From sequence record MK250029.1: 32,000 nucleotides of DNA; one strand, 5' to 3'. Positions 28,820 through 32,000 of this stretch are shown piece after piece. Source of the stretch: Prevotella phage Lak-C1. The notes below the pieces were generated by a model. The model worked only from the letters and a program-made list of their open reading frames with translations. It searched no databases and was not told where the DNA came from. Numbering within the stretch: position 1 is the stretch's first letter; each line of letters opens with the position of its first letter. The translations under genes and the position numbers were made by a program.

Positions 28820-29223
28820 AAATATTGAATAGTTTATCTTCGGACACTATTCATAATTATTAAAATTCAGTCATATACTTACCGAGAATTATATATGCAC
28901 TATATCATGAAAGTTTATTCATAATGGCACTACTTATCATGATTAAAACCATATTCAACTTTGGTAACTAATATTCATATAGGAAAAATATCTTACCATC
29001 TCATCTTAAATATATGGTTGAATAACATATATTCATAATTATTTTTTAGAACCTATATTAAAATCAAAAAATGCATATCATTATTATAAGAAATAATTAA
29101 AACTTATAATAAAGTCTCGAGCTATGCGCAATATCTTTATAAAAAATGTAAATATAAAACAGATAATACTGAATAACATATACATTTTATAACTGTTTCA
29201 TACATTTATAACCATTGTAATTG

Positions 29224-29311
29224 TGATCCCACCAGGACTCGAACCTGGAAGTCCTTTTACGGAACACAGTTTAGAAGACTGTTGAGGTCATCCATTACTC
29301 TTTATGGGACC
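29224..29311 (-). tRNA. tRNA-Arg(TCT)-like with long variable region
   Basis: GGTCCCA/TGGGATC acceptor; ACAGT-CTTCTAA-ACTGT anticodon arm; 17-nt variable region GTTCCGTAAAAGGACTT; T-arm CCAGG-TTCGAGT-CCTGG. Confidence 0.8.
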
Positions 29312-29343
29312 TAAATATCAACATAGATATGTTAAATAAGTTG

Positions 29344-29417
29344 CGGTACGTACGAGATTCGAACTCGTGACTTCTACAGTGACAGTGTAGCGCTCTGACC
29401 AACTGAACTAACGCACC
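29344..29417 (-). tRNA. tRNA-Asp(GTC)
   Basis: GGTGCGT/ACGTACC acceptor; CTACA-CTGTCAC-TGTAG anticodon arm. Confidence 0.95.
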
Positions 29418-29420
29418 AAA

Positions 29421-30065
29421 TTAAATATTTTTATTTAAATATTGTTCAATTTTTTCTTTATTATTTTCATACCATCCTAACTATCTATTACATACAGAAC
29501 ATAATAAACCTCTAAATTTTAATGTTTCATGATTATGATCAATACATAAATGCTTAGGTGCACTTTTTGATTTCCACTTTACACAATCATCTATTGTTCT
29601 TCCACAAATTTCACATGTTTTATGTTCTTCTCTATATTTTTCTAATTCATATTTAGTAATATCTAATATATCTCCATTTCGCATTTTTACTTTATCTGTA
29701 AACTATTTTGATATATATACCGGTTTATTACCATTATTACAAATAGAATTATATCTATTAGGATTTTCTTTACAATACATCATATGATATTTAAGGCCAT
29801 ATTCAGTATATTCTTTACCACAAAATTCACATTTTACAAGTTTCTAATTACTAAAACGACCATCCTAATCTTCTTTAAATTTAATAGAATTTTTTAAACT
29901 AGTAGATATTTTATCTTTCGTTTCTTGCGTCACTATATGAGAATTTGCACATGAACGAGAACAATATTTTTTATATTTTCCTTTTTGATAATTATTTTCT
30001 GTACATTCTATCTCAAACTATTTTCCACATTTTTTACATTCTATTACATATTTTTTTAATTCCAT
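29421..30065 (-). CDS. Endonuclease VII-like HNH protein
   Basis: 214 aa with 5 in-frame TAG. CEICGRTIDD...KHLCIDHNHETLKFRGLLCSVCNR[Q]LGWYENN, the Endo VII signature, plus N-terminal CxxC zinc motifs. Only 29481-29684 is in the track. Confidence 0.88.
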
Positions 30066-30306
30066 AAAAGATTCACTATTTTTTCAGAAGTCATTTATAT
30101 ATTAAGTATTTGAGTTATTAAATATATTCCAAAAATATATTAATCACTTTGTAAACATTATTATTATAAAAATAAGTTTGCTGTATTGACTTCCATATTC
30201 ATAAACAAATCTCATTAAACACTTACATTTCTTACTAATAAAAGTCTCATTGTAAGTCAAATACTTCAATTATTATTTATGAATTATTATATTATTTAAA
30301 TTTGTG

Positions 30307-30381
30307 TGGGCCCAGTAGGACTTGAACCTACGACCTTCAGATTATGAGTCTGCTGCTGCTAACCGTCTGAGCTATAGGCCC
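30307..30381 (-). tRNA. tRNA with CAT anticodon (elongator Met or Ile2)
   Basis: GGGCCTA/TGGGCCC acceptor; CAGA-CTCATAA-TCTG anticodon arm; T-arm GTAGG-TTCAAGT-CCTAC. Confidence 0.88.
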
Positions 30382-30448
30382 AAATAATATATTTTTATAT
30401 TATGTAATTAAAATATCTATATTATTAATATTAAAATTTAATTTATAG

Positions 30449-30521
30449 TGTTCCGTACGAGACTCGAACTCGTTACCCCGATATTAAAAGTATCGTGCTC
30501 TGCCAGATGAGCTAACGGAAC
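30449..30521 (-). tRNA. tRNA-Lys(TTT)
   Basis: GTTCCGT/ACGGAAC acceptor; CGATA-CTTTTAA-TATCG anticodon arm. Confidence 0.95.
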
Positions 30522-30531
30522 CGCATATTAA

Positions 30532-31350
30532 TTACATAACCTAATATAATTTATCTAATCGTTCATTATATCTCCAAAATTGACAATGTAATTTATTTAT
30601 AATATTATTCTAACGAATTATATCTTTATCTGATAAAATATTATTATATACATCTTTATAATGTTTAGGTTCATCATATTCAAATACAATATTTTTTTCT
30701 TTATCATATCCATCAAGAAAATAACCTAAAATCTCACATTCACCACCATTTCCGTAATACTATAAATTCCAGTTATTTTCTTTATTTAATTTTTCTATAT
30801 ATTCTCCAGAATTTTTATTAAATCGTGGATTGTGAAATCCTTTATTCTTTTTCAAATATTCAATTGCACCTAATCGCTATTTATATTTATGATCTTCTGT
30901 ATGATGTGTACCTAAATTATAGGGTATATTTTTACCAGACATATAATTCTATCTAATTGTAATTGATTGCTATTTTACGCTATCACTTGTTTTTATAGTT
31001 AAACCTTTATTCCATGCAATATGTCCTTTTGTTGCTCCATTATTGCCATGATGTATTTCTCTATTAGGATTCATATGACAATATCTTTCATGATATTTTA
31101 TACCATAAATTGAATATAAATTATTACAAAACTAACAATTAACTTTCTAACAATTAATTTTCTTTATCTTAAAATCTTTCTATTTAAACTATAAATCAAT
31201 ATTATATTTTTCAACTATTATTTTTAAATAATTTATATTTCCTGAATTCTAATAACAATTTAACTATCGCAAACAATCATTATATGATGTACAATTATTT
31301 AATTTCTAAATAATTTCATTATCACTAATCTATTTAATATTATTTTTCAT
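30532..31350 (-). CDS. Homing-endonuclease-like protein (NUMOD-like WNKGLT motif plus VSR/DUF559-like C-terminus)
   Basis: 272 aa with more than 10 in-frame TAG. AWNKGLTIKTS... and CEILGYFLDGYDKEKNIVFEYDEPKHYKDVYNNILSDKDIIR. Absent from track. Confidence 0.7.
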
Positions 31351-31435
31351 GTTTTCAAAGAACTAAATACATAATATTATATGTAAAACTTAAAATAAAG
31401 TCTATTTTTAATAGATTATTTTTTAAATTATTTTG

Positions 31436-31509
31436 TTGGGTGAGTGAGACTTGAACTCACGACCTCTTGCTTATCAGGCAAGCTATCTAACCAGCTGATA
31501 TACCACCCA
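31436..31509 (-). tRNA. tRNA-Ile(GAT)
   Basis: TGGGTGG/TCACCCA acceptor; CTTGC-CTGATAA-GCAAG anticodon arm. Confidence 0.93.
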
Positions 31510-31533
31510 AAATTAAAACAAGTAGATTTACGA

Positions 31534-31609
31534 GACACAGCTTCTTCACCCTTTATAAAGGAAACTCGCTATTAGGCACTTGCGCTGTTTTACGAAGTTG
31601 TTGTGTGTC
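31534..31609. ncRNA. Candidate structured RNA (orientation unknown)
   Basis: CAGCTTC (31538-31544)/GAAGTTG (31594-31600) 7-bp stem, continued by GACACA/TGTGTC, enclosing palindrome CCTTTATAAAGG. No ORF; visibly more GC-rich than its surroundings. Confidence 0.35.
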
Positions 31610-31780
31610 AACTTATGGCTTCTCACGAAATTTGCTGCTCTTCACATCTATGATCGAAATCAAACCAATTCTTTTCAATAATTGACCTGTAACCCTTATC
31701 AGTTCTTCAGTATATAACATAAGCTAGCATTACTATACACTTACTCATTATTATAATCAGAAGTCTATACTTGTTTTTAG

Positions 31781-31863
31781 TAGAGATAAAGGGACTCGAA
31801 CCCTTACACTTCAACAGTATATGCTCCTAAGGCATACGTGGCTACCAATTACACCATATCTCT
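31781..31863 (-). tRNA. tRNA-Leu(TAG)
   Basis: AGAGATA/TATCTCT acceptor; TATGC-CTTAGGA-GCATA anticodon arm; variable arm ACTGTTGAAGT; T-arm AAGGG-TTCGAGT-CCCTT. Confidence 0.9.
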
Positions 31864-31869
31864 AAAATG

Positions 31870-31905
31870 TGGACCCTCGTGGAATCGAACCACGACCTCT
31901 GGATT
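31870..31905 (-). tRNA. 3' half of a tRNA (T-arm plus acceptor strand), 5' half not found
   Basis: CGTGG-TTCGATT-CCACG-AGGGTCC-A with no matching GGACCCT upstream. Confidence 0.5.
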
Positions 31906-31906
31906 G

Positions 31907-31956
31907 TCTCTATAAATGGGATCGAACCATTAATAATAACCATTAATATTATAGAG
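31907..31956 (-). tRNA. 50-nt mini tRNA-like element without an anticodon arm
   Basis: CTCTATA...TATAGAG-A acceptor helix and AATGG-TTCGATC-CCATT T-arm, with only 18 nt between them. Confidence 0.45.
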
Positions 31957-32000
31957 ATTGATTTAATACAGTTTACTCTGTTAATTCAGTCCAGCGTACA

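Noticed and set aside
29224-29311. Suppressor tRNA reading TAG, from the TTCTAAA string
   Set aside because: Placing CTA as the anticodon breaks the stem; the perfect ACAGT/ACTGT stem with loop CTTCTAA gives anticodon TCT (Arg).
31781-31863. TAG anticodon tRNA as a possible stop-codon reader
   Set aside because: Anticodon TAG (5'-UAG-3') pairs with CUA/CUG leucine codons, not UAG; class II structure also fits Leu.

Overview
AT-rich viral segment, most likely from a large tailed phage of Bacteroidetes (inference) that reads UAG as glutamine. Many minus-strand genes in 1-10.2 kb look broken in the six-frame track only because of in-frame TAG. Read as Gln, they become full-length: a baseplate/tail protein with an M15-like C-terminus, a tail-lysozyme-like protein, an NlpC/P60-like protein, a T4 gp19-like tail tube protein, two Cys/His-rich proteins and a complete TnpB. 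A TAG-free block (10.4-19.8 kb) carries nucleotide and RNA metabolism genes: PurC-like, CoaD, RdgB/HAM1, dNMP-kinase-like, short-form HisG and RNA ligase. At 21-26.6 kb are small genes, several of them TAG-interrupted: an NTase-fold protein, a possible ADP-ribosyltransferase-like protein and two HExxH proteins. At 26.6-32 kb is a minus-strand tRNA array with three endonuclease-like genes recovered only after TAG recoding, plus several aberrant tRNA-like elements. I found no tRNA with a CUA anticodon in the window. All family calls are from motif recognition by eye; no searches or folding programs were run. Coordinates were counted by hand and checked for codon divisibility where possible.
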